Shown piece after piece: positions 30,013 through 39,388 of a stretch of DNA of 64,000 nt. Origin of the DNA: an uncultured Desulfobacter sp. (GTDB lineage Bacteria > Desulfobacterota > Desulfobacteria > Desulfobacterales > Desulfobacteraceae); NCBI GenBank assembly GCA_963665095.1, contig OY762069.1, forward strand, positions 6,624,001 through 6,688,000, in the 5' to 3' direction. Within the stretch, counting starts at the first letter, position 1. The number at the start of each line of letters is the position of its first letter. The position numbers and the translations under genes are program-made. A model generated the notes under the pieces. That model had not been told where the DNA came from and did no database searches. It saw only the letters and a program-made list of their open reading frames with translations.

Positions 30013-30366
30013 TGATATCCACTGTTGCAGGGAAAAATGGTTCCCGGCGTATTCTGGTTCCCAATTCTTCGTTGATATGTCCTATATGTCCACTTTTTTG
30101 TTTTTGTGGAATTATACGGTAAATAATTGCCATTTTTGTGGCATGCCAAGCTATGCCATGGCTAAGGTTAAACCCATCTATTTGGAATCTTTTGTCATCT
30201 GGAAAAGATTCCTTTTGCTTTAAAGAAGAAAATAAATACCTGTATGTGTGTTGTCAGTAAATAATTACCGCATTTGGCAAATGGTATGGTTACTGGTGCA
30301 TCTTCTGTTTTTTTCTTACGCATTGATTTTACACGTACTTTTTTAAATGTGGGGCGAACGGTTTTT

Positions 30367-30383
30367 TTGGCACAGTCTGTGCT
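30367..30383 (+). promoter_or_regulatory. Sigma54 (-24/-12) promoter
   Basis: TTGGCACAGTCTGTGCT matches TGGCAC-N5-(T/G)TGC with exact GG-N10-GC spacing, 110 bp before the ATG. Confidence 0.7.
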
Positions 30384-30493
30384 ATGAGGGCGGAGGGCAA
30401 AGCCGTCTGTGTTACTAACATACATCCCTGCAGCACAAATATCTGCAGCACTTATACATAACAAATAGTTTTTTTTATATAAGGAAATTTTCA

Positions 30494-31123
30494 ATGACAG
30501 GGTCAACCGTTTTAATGACTGGGTTTATTATTTTTTTTGCCAGGATTTGTGATGTCTCCTTTGGTACAGTGCGTACCATTGTGACCGTCCAGGGGCGGAC
30601 AGTAACAGCATTTTTTATGGCTGTTTTTGAGGTGACCATCTGGGTGCTGGTGATCAATGCAGTGATCGGTCAGATGGATGAGCAGCCGCTTCTGGTCATC
30701 TTTTATGCTTTGGGATATGCCACCGGCAATGTAGTGGGGATCAAGGTGGAAGAAAAGCTGGCCTTTGGTCTTTCCATTGTCAGGGTATTCTGTAAGAACT
30801 CCGGCAATGCCATTGCCGGCTCTATAAGAAGTTTTGGCCAGCCTGTGACCATGTTTGTGGGTGAAGGCATGCAGGGTCCTGTGTGTGAACTATATATCGC
30901 CTGTCGCAGAAAGGATCTTCAGCGGATTATCAATGAAATTAGAAAAGAGGACGACCAGGCATTTTATGTGGTGGAGCCGGCCAAAACCATGAACCGGGTG
31001 TTGCCGTCTGTGGCTGCGTCGCCTTCCAAATGGCCCATGGGTGGTATGCCAGGTAACATGTGGCGTTCTGCTTTGAGGCCGCAACCGTCTGCCATACCTG
31101 CCGCCCGTACGCAAGGCCTTTAA
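30494..31123 (+). CDS. UPF0316-type (DUF5698/DUF2179) membrane protein
   Basis: Motifs IFFARICDVSFGTVRTI, FEVTIW, YALGYATGNVVG and GEGMQG. Confidence 0.88.
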   Translation: MTGSTVLMTGFIIFFARICDVSFGTVRTIVTVQGRTVTAFFMAVFEVTIWVLVINAVIGQMDEQPLLVIFYALGYATGNVVGIKVEEKLAFGLSIVRVFCKNSGNAIAGSIRSFGQPVTMFVGEGMQGPVCELYIACRRKDLQRIINEIRKEDDQAFYVVEPAKTMNRVLPSVAASPSKWPMGGMPGNMWRSALRPQPSAIPAARTQGL

Positions 31124-31236
31124 CGGCGAGTGGATGGGGCCTGCCCGGGGTCTGATGCCGGATTAATTTTCAAGGTTTTTCTTTAACAGATTGTTTATAT
31201 AGCCTATAATCAGTGCCTGAACGAAAACCCCGTGTT

Positions 31237-31381
31237 TGGTGTTTGAACGCAAAGTTGCCCAGATGCAAGGCGCAAGCAACGCTGCAACCGCAAGCGTACT
31301 CCAGTACGTGAGGCCCGATTATATGATTTGGCAGCTTTGTGCAGCAACGCCGAAGGTGGGTGACTTTTCGTTCAAACACTA
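31237..31381. mobile_element. Short non-autonomous inverted-repeat element (MITE/REP-like)
   Basis: Imperfect 25-bp terminal inverted repeats TGGTGTTTGAACGCAAAGTTGCCCA / TGGGTGACTTTTCGTTCAAACACTA, internal CGTACT-CC-AGTACG palindrome, no coding capacity. Confidence 0.65.
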
Positions 31382-31430
31382 TTTAATCCCATTAAACACT
31401 TGAAAGAGGACGCTTGAAAAGGAGTGGCGA

Positions 31431-31763
31431 ATGATTGAGTGGGCCTATCTGAGAAACGGCTGTGAATCCTGTAAAAAGGCTAAAAAATATTTTGAGGAAC
31501 ACGGGATAGACATCGATCTGACCGTTGAGGCGAGAAAAGAAAAAATTGATGCCCAAAAAGCCTGGGAATTAATCAAACACCAGAATAACGTGTATATCGC
31601 CAAAGGGCAGAAAAAGGTGCTGGCCTTCATTCCCGGAGAAGCGGAAAGAGAAGAAATTTTAAAACATGCCCTGGGCCGGACCGGGAACCTGCGGGCACCT
31701 GCAGTCATCAGACTGACCAATATATTCATCGGGTTTAATCAGGATATTTACACCCGGCTATAG
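31431..31763 (+). CDS. ArsC/Spx-like thioredoxin-fold protein (CxxC)
   Basis: Motifs YLRNGCESCKKA and LGRTGNLRAP. AAGGAG SD. Confidence 0.82.
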   Translation: MIEWAYLRNGCESCKKAKKYFEEHGIDIDLTVEARKEKIDAQKAWELIKHQNNVYIAKGQKKVLAFIPGEAEREEILKHALGRTGNLRAPAVIRLTNIFIGFNQDIYTRL

Positions 31764-33438
31764 CCTGTCTTAAAATTTCAGAATAAATTTTTTCCTGTTC
31801 ATCCAGGATATCGTCGAGAATCTCTTCGGTGGTATAAGGGTTCATAATAACGGATCGTAAAACTACCACGTTGAAGTCGTCAGCCGGATCAAGCTTGAGC
31901 CGGGTTCTGGAAACAAAGCTTCTTCCTGCTTCCCGCTGGATTCGCTGAACTTTGATATTGATTTCATCAAGGCTTTTGTTCAGGCATTCCCGTTCGATAT
32001 CATCTGCTGTTGCAATCTGCCGTTGAATGGTTTCGGGTACCAGCCGGTAAGTTAAAATGTTTAATACCGGCCTTGTAACCAGTTCAAACTGTGGCCGGTT
32101 TTGAATTTTTTCAGCAAAGGCTTTGGCCGTTTCAATACCGTGTTCAATCATCAGGGCATAACCCTTGGCACCCATGATTTTCAAGGAGGCATCCAGAATC
32201 AGGGAGGCGGCCTCCCTTGACCCTTCAAGGGTTTTAATCCCTAAGTCCACAGACCCTTTGCGGTTCACATACCGGGAATGGTAGGCAATGGCAGAAAGGC
32301 TTTCCGGATCCCTGAAATAGACCATGCCGGTTCCCATGGGCATGTAGAATTGTTTATGGCCGTCAATGGTGACGGAATCTGCCCGCTCAATGCCCTTTAA
32401 AAGCGCTGCATACCGGTCCGACAACAGCACCGGGCCACCCCAGGCCGCATCCACATGGAAGTGGATCTTCTCCTTTTCGCAGATATCTGCCATGTCCGGC
32501 AGGGGGTCAATGGCCCCTGTTTCAGTGGCACCGGCAATGCCCACAACCGCAGCAATTTTTGTCCCTTTTTCATGTTTCAGGGTGTTAATGGTTGCCCGCA
32601 GTTTGTCCGTGTCAAGGGTATGATCCGCTGTAACATCCACGGCAATCACGTTTTTGCTGCCAATGCCTAAAATCCCACCAGCCTTTCTCAGGGAATAGTG
32701 CCCCCTTCGTGAGACCAGTACCACGATTCGTTTAAGATCATGGGCATTCATGGCAGAGAACAGCCCGTCTTCTTCAATACTTGAAAAATCGTCTTTTGGG
32801 GGAAGCAGCCGGTTTCTGGCGACCCACAAAGCCGTCATGTTGGCTGTGGTGCCCCCGGAGGTAAATGCGCCTAATGCTGTCGTGGTATTCTGAACGTGGG
32901 ACTGGTAAAACTCATCATCCAGCCTGAAAACCAGCCGGTGGATTTTGGCCAGGACCTGTTTTTCAAGCACGGCCAGCACCTTGGATGTCTCCATTTTAAT
33001 GACATTCTGGTTCAGGGCCGCGGTAATGGCTTTAAGATGCACCATGAAAAAGGGCAAAGCACTTGTCATATGACCGATGAAAAACGGGGATGCCACATTC
33101 ACCGCTCTGGGTGCAATGTCTGTGATGATATCCTCTATAACCTGCGCCAGCCTTTTTTCAGGATGATCATTGATTTCAACGGTTTTAAAATTTTCAGCCA
33201 GTTCTGTCAGGCTGATCTCTTCGGTGACCCCTACATGTTTATTAAGGAAATCATGGAGACCAAACAGAATCTGCTCCATGTATTTCAGCAGGGTTTTTTT
33301 GCTGTTTTCATCTTCAGGACGGATAAATACACGATCCAGGGCCTTTCGGTCTGCGATCAGTTGTCGGGAGGGGGATAGGTTTTTTTTTAATTGCCGGGAC
33401 CGGGGAGTATTTTCAGGTGTTGAAAAGAAAGATGTCAT
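31735..33438 (-). CDS. panP: Pyridoxal-dependent aspartate 1-decarboxylase (group II decarboxylase)
   Basis: Motifs FIGHMTSALP, LNQNVIKMETSK, HVDAAWGG, PLP-Lys SVTIDGHKQ, LEGSR and SFVSRTRL. Confidence 0.85.
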   Translation of the reverse strand: MTSFFSTPENTPRSRQLKKNLSPSRQLIADRKALDRVFIRPEDENSKKTLLKYMEQILFGLHDFLNKHVGVTEEISLTELAENFKTVEINDHPEKRLAQVIEDIITDIAPRAVNVASPFFIGHMTSALPFFMVHLKAITAALNQNVIKMETSKVLAVLEKQVLAKIHRLVFRLDDEFYQSHVQNTTTALGAFTSGGTTANMTALWVARNRLLPPKDDFSSIEEDGLFSAMNAHDLKRIVVLVSRRGHYSLRKAGGILGIGSKNVIAVDVTADHTLDTDKLRATINTLKHEKGTKIAAVVGIAGATETGAIDPLPDMADICEKEKIHFHVDAAWGGPVLLSDRYAALLKGIERADSVTIDGHKQFYMPMGTGMVYFRDPESLSAIAYHSRYVNRKGSVDLGIKTLEGSREAASLILDASLKIMGAKGYALMIEHGIETAKAFAEKIQNRPQFELVTRPVLNILTYRLVPETIQRQIATADDIERECLNKSLDEINIKVQRIQREAGRSFVSRTRLKLDPADDFNVVVLRSVIMNPYTTEEILDDILDEQEKIYSEILRQAIAGCKYPD

Positions 33439-33563
33439 ATTGAAAAGCGGTTTCCTTCAAAAGTAAATTCGTTAACCTTCCGGGCATAGACTTACCATGT
33501 TAAAATTACTTGAAAATCGCCTGAAAGTATGGCAGGTCTACCTTAAAACAAGGAGAAAATCAA

Positions 33564-33881
33564 ATGGAACTTAACGTCAATGATATTTTGACCCGGGTAA
33601 CCCGCTATAATCTGATTCGCAACGGCCGGATGATCTATATAGATCTTCATAAAAAAATTCAGGGGAACCTGGCAGGGGACTTTATTGCTGTGCCCAACCT
33701 GGTCAACATTATTGCTGAGCCCCGGCACCAGGGCGCTGGAAATTCCGAGGAAGAGGCGCTTGCAGACTGTCTGAAAAAGATCAAGGGGCTTAATCTGGAG
33801 GATCTGTTTCCGACAACTGCCTCTCAAAATACAGGTGGGGGGCCAGACAGCCGTCCAAAAGGAAACAGGACAGCTGACTGA
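33564..33881 (+). CDS. Hypothetical protein with a HicB-like N-terminal fold motif
   Basis: AAGGAG SD and the segment FIAVPNL...QGAGNSEEEALADCL. Confidence 0.65.
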   Translation: MELNVNDILTRVTRYNLIRNGRMIYIDLHKKIQGNLAGDFIAVPNLVNIIAEPRHQGAGNSEEEALADCLKKIKGLNLEDLFPTTASQNTGGGPDSRPKGNRTAD

Positions 33882-33910
33882 TCTGGGTAATGAGTGCCGG
33901 GGAATAACCC

Positions 33911-34356
33911 ATGAATTTTAAAATCACTCAATTCGAAAACAGTCAACACCGCGACCAGGTGATACGCTTATGGAGAGATGTTTTTGGTTAGGAGGCATCG
34001 CATAACTCACCTGACATTGTGGTTGATAAAAAAGAGGCTGCAATGATGGTTTGTTTTTTGTTTCTGTGGATAATGACGAGGTTACCGGAACTGTCATGGC
34101 CGGCTATGATGGACACCGGGGCTGGATCTACGCCTTGGCAGTATCGCCTGCTTATCGGAAAAAAGGGGTGGGCTCAGCCCTGCTTACTTTTGCGGAAAAA
34201 AGGTTGTTTGACAAAGGCTGGATGAAAATCAACCTGCAGATTATAGAGGGTAATGAACCGGTTCTGGCTTTTTATCAGTCAAACGGATATCTCACTGAAA
34301 AGAGAATAAGCATAGGGAAGCGATTTCCGAACAATATTAAAACAAGGGGCATCTAA
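33911..34356 (+). pseudogene. GNAT acetyltransferase (YpeA-like), disrupted
   Basis: The ATG 33911 frame has an in-frame TAG at 33989-33991 and a 1-nt frameshift near 34043. The downstream frame carries GTVMAGYDGHRGWIY...RKKGVG...KINLQI. Confidence 0.85.
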
Positions 34357-34357
34357 T

Positions 34358-35131
34358 ATGAAAATAGGAATCATGAACAACCCGTCAAAATCAGTCTATG
34401 ATGAAGCAGAATTCTGTGGCAAATCAGGGTATGATTTTTTAGATCTTACCATTGAAGGCCCTGAAGCCATCAACGTGGATGCCGCTGAATTAAAACCGAT
34501 TCTTGATGCCTATGAACTATCTGTTACGGGACATACCGATCCATGTCTCCCCTATGCGTATCCGATTCAGGGTGTCAGGGATGCCTGCTTTAAGGAACTG
34601 GAGCGGTGTGCAAGAATATTTTCCGATCTCGGGGCAAAGGTGATGAATATCCATCCCTGTTATTATTGCCCGCCGGCGATGAGAAACAGTCTGGTTTCCT
34701 TTCAGATAGAAGCGTTGCAACCCATTGCTGACATGGCTGCATCATACGGGCTTGCACTGGTGTTTGAAAACTATAAGGCACCTTTTGACAGGGTTTCCAC
34801 GATAAAACGTCTGCTGACTGATGTGCCGGGATTAGGCCTGCATCTTGATTTCGGACACACCAATTTCGGTATGGATAATTATGATGTTTTCTGTGGAGAA
34901 CTCGGGGAATATATCCGGCATGTTCACTTTTCCGATAACCGGTCCAGAAATGATGATCACATGCCCTTAGGGGTCGGGACCGTGAACTGGCAAAATGCAG
35001 TGGATTCATTAAAGGCAATTTCATACAACAGCACGATCACTCTGGAAATTTTTTGCAATGATCCGGATATGCAACACAGATATCTGGATTTGAGCCGGAC
35101 TATGGTTCGGGAACTGTGGGGGGTGTCTTAA
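34358..35131 (+). CDS. Sugar phosphate isomerase/epimerase (xylose isomerase-like TIM barrel)
   Basis: Metal motifs FEN, HLDFGH, HVHFSDN, DDHMPLGVG and TLEIF. Confidence 0.9.
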   Translation: MKIGIMNNPSKSVYDEAEFCGKSGYDFLDLTIEGPEAINVDAAELKPILDAYELSVTGHTDPCLPYAYPIQGVRDACFKELERCARIFSDLGAKVMNIHPCYYCPPAMRNSLVSFQIEALQPIADMAASYGLALVFENYKAPFDRVSTIKRLLTDVPGLGLHLDFGHTNFGMDNYDVFCGELGEYIRHVHFSDNRSRNDDHMPLGVGTVNWQNAVDSLKAISYNSTITLEIFCNDPDMQHRYLDLSRTMVRELWGVS

Positions 35132-35566
35132 GTTTTTAGCGTGTATGCCGGATAGCGTTCCAGGCTGGCGAAACCTGCGATGATTTTTGGTTCCCAACAG
35201 GCATAATATAGCCAGCCTGATTTTATTTTTCTTTCCTTGACAAAAAGTTGTTTTTTGTCTTAATCCTGACAAAAAGTTTATCCTGTATTGAAGCAATGGT
35301 TCAGTTTTAATTCCCGCAGTTCAGCGTTGGAGCCGGTTTCTGACGTGCGGTAAAAAAATGTGCATGAAATGCGTGGAAACACCATGTCAAACCACCGGAT
35401 CTTCAATTAAAAGGAGGGGGCGATGGGATGAAAATCGTCGCCAAGGCGCGGGTGTCGTCCGGCACTGTTGCCCAGGATTAAATCCAAAGGATTATGGTCC
35501 CCCTCTTACCGTGTGGCCGCAGGATATAGCCAGATTACAGGTAACCCAATGACATAGAAAGGAAAA

Positions 35567-36757
35567 ATGATGAAAGAACTTGGCATTAAATTGGGATTGG
35601 TCATGATGATTGCAGCCCTGACTTTATGTCTTACTGCTCCCCCTGCCTCAGCCCTGTTTGGCGGCGGCAAGGTTGAACATTTTACTGCCGACAATGTGGT
35701 GATTGATCCATCCGGCAAGGTGTTGAATACCAGCAAAATTTATGTATCCAAAGATGTCATGAGAATAGACGGCCTTGGGGGAATGATGGCCATGGGAATG
35801 GGCGGCAAGGCCGCCCCGGATATCTCCGTCCTTGTATTTAAAAATCAGGGAAAGCTTTACTATTACAACCATGGCAAGAAACTGGTGTTTGAGGACACTA
35901 TGGGCAAAGAAGATCTGCTGCCGGGGTACGAAGCCATGGGTAATGTAGAGTCAGAAAAGGTGGTTGGCCAGGAAAAAGTTTCCGGATACAAATGTACCAA
36001 AAAAGAGATCGTGATCGACTCCAATATGATGGGGATGAACCAGAAGAACACCCTGACCGTCTGGGAGAGCGACCGCTTTGAATCTCCTTTGCGCACTATT
36101 ACTGACGACGGAGCCATTAATGAGCTTCGTAACATAAAGGAGGGCAAACCCCCTGCAAAATATTTAAGGCTGTTGCCCGGATATAAAAAAGTCGGGAACA
36201 TGATGGCGGTTTTAGGTCTGGATTTTGGTGCCATGATGGATCAGGACAAAGATGACAGTGCCCAGAAGAAGACAGGCGGCCAGGCATCAAATCAGCAGGA
36301 CATGCAAAATATGAATGTCAAGGATGTCATGGCCCAGATGAGTCAGGCCATGGGTGATCAGATGGACCCCGAAGAAAAAAAGCAGCTGATGGCTATCATG
36401 GCCAATGCCATGAACCAGGCCAAGAATACAAAAGAGGGAGCCGGTGCTGCAAAACAGATCTGGCAGTTCATTCCCCAGCGGCAGGGAGATAAAATAGGCT
36501 CTGAACTGAAAACCACAAATGTACTGACAGTGACCATGGGAACCAAGGCAGACCTGATGTCTGTGTTCACTTTTTATAAGACAAAGCTGGCCTCCAAGGG
36601 GTGGCGGGACCAGGGGATGTTTCTGCAGAGCGGGCAAGGGCATTTGAGCATGTCAAAGGGGGATATGACGCTCAGTGTCTCTTCGGCTGACAACCCCGGA
36701 ATACAGGGCAGTTATGCTAACTTTTATATGATGCAGCTGACCGGCCCCAATTTATAG
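35567..36757 (+). CDS. Exported DUF4412-like protein with a Met/Gln-rich linker and an extra C-terminal domain
   Basis: Signal peptide, FTAD...KIYVSKDVMRID, and GQEKVSGYKCTK...TVW. Confidence 0.7.
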   Translation: MMKELGIKLGLVMMIAALTLCLTAPPASALFGGGKVEHFTADNVVIDPSGKVLNTSKIYVSKDVMRIDGLGGMMAMGMGGKAAPDISVLVFKNQGKLYYYNHGKKLVFEDTMGKEDLLPGYEAMGNVESEKVVGQEKVSGYKCTKKEIVIDSNMMGMNQKNTLTVWESDRFESPLRTITDDGAINELRNIKEGKPPAKYLRLLPGYKKVGNMMAVLGLDFGAMMDQDKDDSAQKKTGGQASNQQDMQNMNVKDVMAQMSQAMGDQMDPEEKKQLMAIMANAMNQAKNTKEGAGAAKQIWQFIPQRQGDKIGSELKTTNVLTVTMGTKADLMSVFTFYKTKLASKGWRDQGMFLQSGQGHLSMSKGDMTLSVSSADNPGIQGSYANFYMMQLTGPNL

Positions 36758-36773
36758 CCGTATAACACAAAAT

Positions 36774-36813
36774 CCCGGTTTGCTGCAGGCAGCTAGTTCT
36801 GCAGCAAACCGGG
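36774..36813. terminator. Hairpin between convergent genes
   Basis: Stem CCCGGTTTGCTGCAG / CTGCAGCAAACCGGG. Confidence 0.65.
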
Positions 36814-36853
36814 GTGTCAGATGCTGTGTTCTGTTACTTGCGTTGAGGAAAGG

Positions 36854-37405
36854 TCAGGCCAGTCCGGTCTTTCCCATCTCAAATCCCAGATCCAGGGCTT
36901 TTTTATTCATATCCATAAAGTCTTTGGGGATGGTGGTTTCAAGCACCTTCATGATGGATTCCGGCTTGACCAGTCCGGACAGGCCGATAAGCGAGCCCAG
37001 CATACAGATGTTGAATACAATGGGGTTGCCGATATGTTTCATGACGGCGTCATACATGGGCAAGGAAACATGCCAGGCCGCCACTTTTTTCTCAACATCC
37101 ACATAGCGTGAATCCACAAGCAGCAGGCCCCCCGGCCGCAACACAGGTGAAAATTTATTGTAGCTCTCCTGGGTAAGGCTGATCAGGATATTGGGCTGGA
37201 TCACCTTGGGAAACAGGATTTCATCGTCTGAAATCAATACATCGCTGCGGGTGGATCCGCCCCTGGCAGCTGCCCCGTAACTCTGGGACTGGGTGGCATT
37301 TTTTCCTTCATAAATGGCTGCGGCCTTGGCAAGGATAATGGCTGCGGTGATCACGCCCTGGCCGCCTGAACCTGAAAAAACCAGTCTGGAACGTTCCGTT
37401 TCCAT
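36854..37405 (-). CDS. korC: 2-oxoacid (2-oxoglutarate):ferredoxin oxidoreductase gamma subunit
   Basis: Motifs SGSGGQGVI and QSQSYGAAARGG, plus operon context. Confidence 0.88.
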   Translation of the reverse strand: METERSRLVFSGSGGQGVITAAIILAKAAAIYEGKNATQSQSYGAAARGGSTRSDVLISDDEILFPKVIQPNILISLTQESYNKFSPVLRPGGLLLVDSRYVDVEKKVAAWHVSLPMYDAVMKHIGNPIVFNICMLGSLIGLSGLVKPESIMKVLETTIPKDFMDMNKKALDLGFEMGKTGLA

Positions 37406-38232
37406 TATGCTTTTCCTTTCATTGCTGTCTTGATTACCTGTTCATAGGCTTCGCAGTATTCAGGCCGTTGTGTATCTTCAATAAAAATCCCGCGCTGGAT
37501 CAGGTTGGGATTGGACTCCAGCTTTTTAGAACCGATTTTAACGGTAAAGTCTTTAAAGCCTTCCATCATTTTGGCGGCACCGCCCTCCTTGTTTTTCCTG
37601 CCGTAATAGGTGGGACACTGGGACATGATCTCCACAGCGGAAAAGCCCTTGTGCATAATGGCTTTTTTCAGGATTTCCTTGGCTTCAACAGCATGGAAGG
37701 TTGTGGAACGGGCAACAAACGATGCCCCGGCTGCCCTGGCCAGTTCCACCACGTCGAAATCATTGTCAATGGTTCCGTAAGGGGCTGTGGTGGCTTTTTT
37801 GTCCGGGCCGGACAAGGGTGAAAACTGTCCCCCGGTCATGCCGTAGATCTTGTTGTTCATGACAATGGCGGTGATATCAATGTTTCTGCGCGCCGCATGG
37901 ATAAAATGGTTCCCGCCAATGGCCAAGGCATCACCGTCACCCATGGGCACAATGATTTTAAGTTTGGGTTTGGACAGCTTTACGCCGGTGGCAAAGGCAA
38001 GGGCCCTGCCGTGGATGGTATGCAGGGAGTGGAAATCCACATATCCGGAGATGCGCGAGGAACACCCAATGCCGGACACCATGACCATCTCGTTTTTATC
38101 CAGTCCCAGTTCATGAACCGCCCGCAACAGGGTACTTAACACAATACCGTGCCCGCATCCCGGACACCACATATGGGGGAAATATCTGCCCCGGACATAA
38201 TCTTTGAAGTCAAATGGTTGATTGGTGCTCAT
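37405..38232 (-). CDS. korB: 2-oxoacid (2-oxoglutarate):ferredoxin oxidoreductase beta subunit
   Basis: Motifs WCPGCG, SGIGCS and the TPP motif GDGD...NNKIYGMTGGQFSP. Confidence 0.93.
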   Translation of the reverse strand: MSTNQPFDFKDYVRGRYFPHMWCPGCGHGIVLSTLLRAVHELGLDKNEMVMVSGIGCSSRISGYVDFHSLHTIHGRALAFATGVKLSKPKLKIIVPMGDGDALAIGGNHFIHAARRNIDITAIVMNNKIYGMTGGQFSPLSGPDKKATTAPYGTIDNDFDVVELARAAGASFVARSTTFHAVEAKEILKKAIMHKGFSAVEIMSQCPTYYGRKNKEGGAAKMMEGFKDFTVKIGSKKLESNPNLIQRGIFIEDTQRPEYCEAYEQVIKTAMKGKA

Positions 38233-38233
38233 G

Positions 38234-39388
38234 TTAGACCCCCTTTCCCTGGATCATTCTCAATACAGTTTTGATATCACTGGGCGAAATGAGCTGGCCG
38301 TCAATGCGGTTAGCCAGAAAAACCTTTTCAGGGGCGTCCACTGCGGCTTTCACCTGGGTGATCACCTGGCCCATATTCATTTCCACCACCAGTACGGCCT
38401 TGGCATTGGCACATTTTTCCCGGACAACGGCCGCAGGGAACGGCCACAGGGTCTGCAGCTCCAGAACGCCTAATTTTTCTCCGCGTTTGCGCTTGTTCTT
38501 GGCAACATGCCTGGCTGAACGGGCGGAAGACCCGTAGGAGATGAGAACAACATCGGCATCCTCCAGGCAGAACTCCTTGTACATGCAGATGCTTTCCCAG
38601 TTATTTTCAATTTTATCCACCAGATGGTGTAAAAGGCCTGAAACTATTTTGGGGTCATTGCTGGGAAACCCCCACATGTCATGGAACAGGCCGGTGACAT
38701 TGTACCGGTGCTCTTCGCCAAAATCAGACATGGGCAGGCGCCCGTCTTCCCGGGGCAGATAGGGGTGATAGTCCACGCCTTTGGGTACTGAGGTCTGCAA
38801 CCGTCCCACCACAGGAATGTCACCCGGGTCCGGCAGGATCAGTTTTTCTCTCATGTGGCCGATCACTTCATCCAGAAGAAGGATCACAGGGGTTCTGTAG
38901 GTTTCAGCCAGGTTAAAGGCTTCCACGGTGATTTTAAACACATCCTGATGATTGGAGGCGGTCATGGCAATGATGGCATGGTCCCCGTGGGTGCCCCAGC
39001 GGGCCTGGTTCACATCCCCCTGGCTAACATGGGTGGGGTTGCCTGTGGACGGCCCGCCGCGCTGGACATTGGCAATGACGCAGGGAATTTCTGCCATACA
39101 GGCATAGCCTAAGGCTTCCTGCTTCAAAGAAAATCCCGGGCCTGAGGTGGCGGTCATAACCTTGTTGCCGGTGAGAGACGCCCCGATAATAGCGGCCATG
39201 GATGCGATTTCGTCTTCCATCTGGATGAATTTCCCACCGCTTTCCGGCAGTCTGCCGGCCAGATGTTCTGCAATTTCAGTGGACGGGGTAATGGGGTACC
39301 CTGCGAAAAAGTTAAGCCCTGCATACAGCGCTCCTTCGACACAGGCCTCGTTTCCCTGGACAAACATGATATTTGATGTGTTAGTCAT
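38234..39388 (-). CDS. korA: 2-oxoacid (2-oxoglutarate):ferredoxin oxidoreductase alpha subunit
   Basis: Motifs AGYPITPSTE, QMEDE, TATSGPG, QRGGPSTG and EMNMGQ. Confidence 0.93.
   Translation of the reverse strand: MTNTSNIMFVQGNEACVEGALYAGLNFFAGYPITPSTEIAEHLAGRLPESGGKFIQMEDEIASMAAIIGASLTGNKVMTATSGPGFSLKQEALGYACMAEIPCVIANVQRGGPSTGNPTHVSQGDVNQARWGTHGDHAIIAMTASNHQDVFKITVEAFNLAETYRTPVILLLDEVIGHMREKLILPDPGDIPVVGRLQTSVPKGVDYHPYLPREDGRLPMSDFGEEHRYNVTGLFHDMWGFPSNDPKIVSGLLHHLVDKIENNWESICMYKEFCLEDADVVLISYGSSARSARHVAKNKRKRGEKLGVLELQTLWPFPAAVVREKCANAKAVLVVEMNMGQVITQVKAAVDAPEKVFLANRIDGQLISPSDIKTVLRMIQGKGV

Noticed and set aside
33989..33991. Pyrrolysine recoding of the GNAT amber codon
   Set aside because: A frameshift about 50 nt later also breaks the gene, so pseudogenisation is the simpler explanation.
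35430..35545. c-di-GMP-I riboswitch in the DUF4412-like leader
   Set aside because: Only a vague GGTCC...ATAGCCAG resemblance; the GNRA stem and the GCAAA/GGAAAGCC elements are missing.
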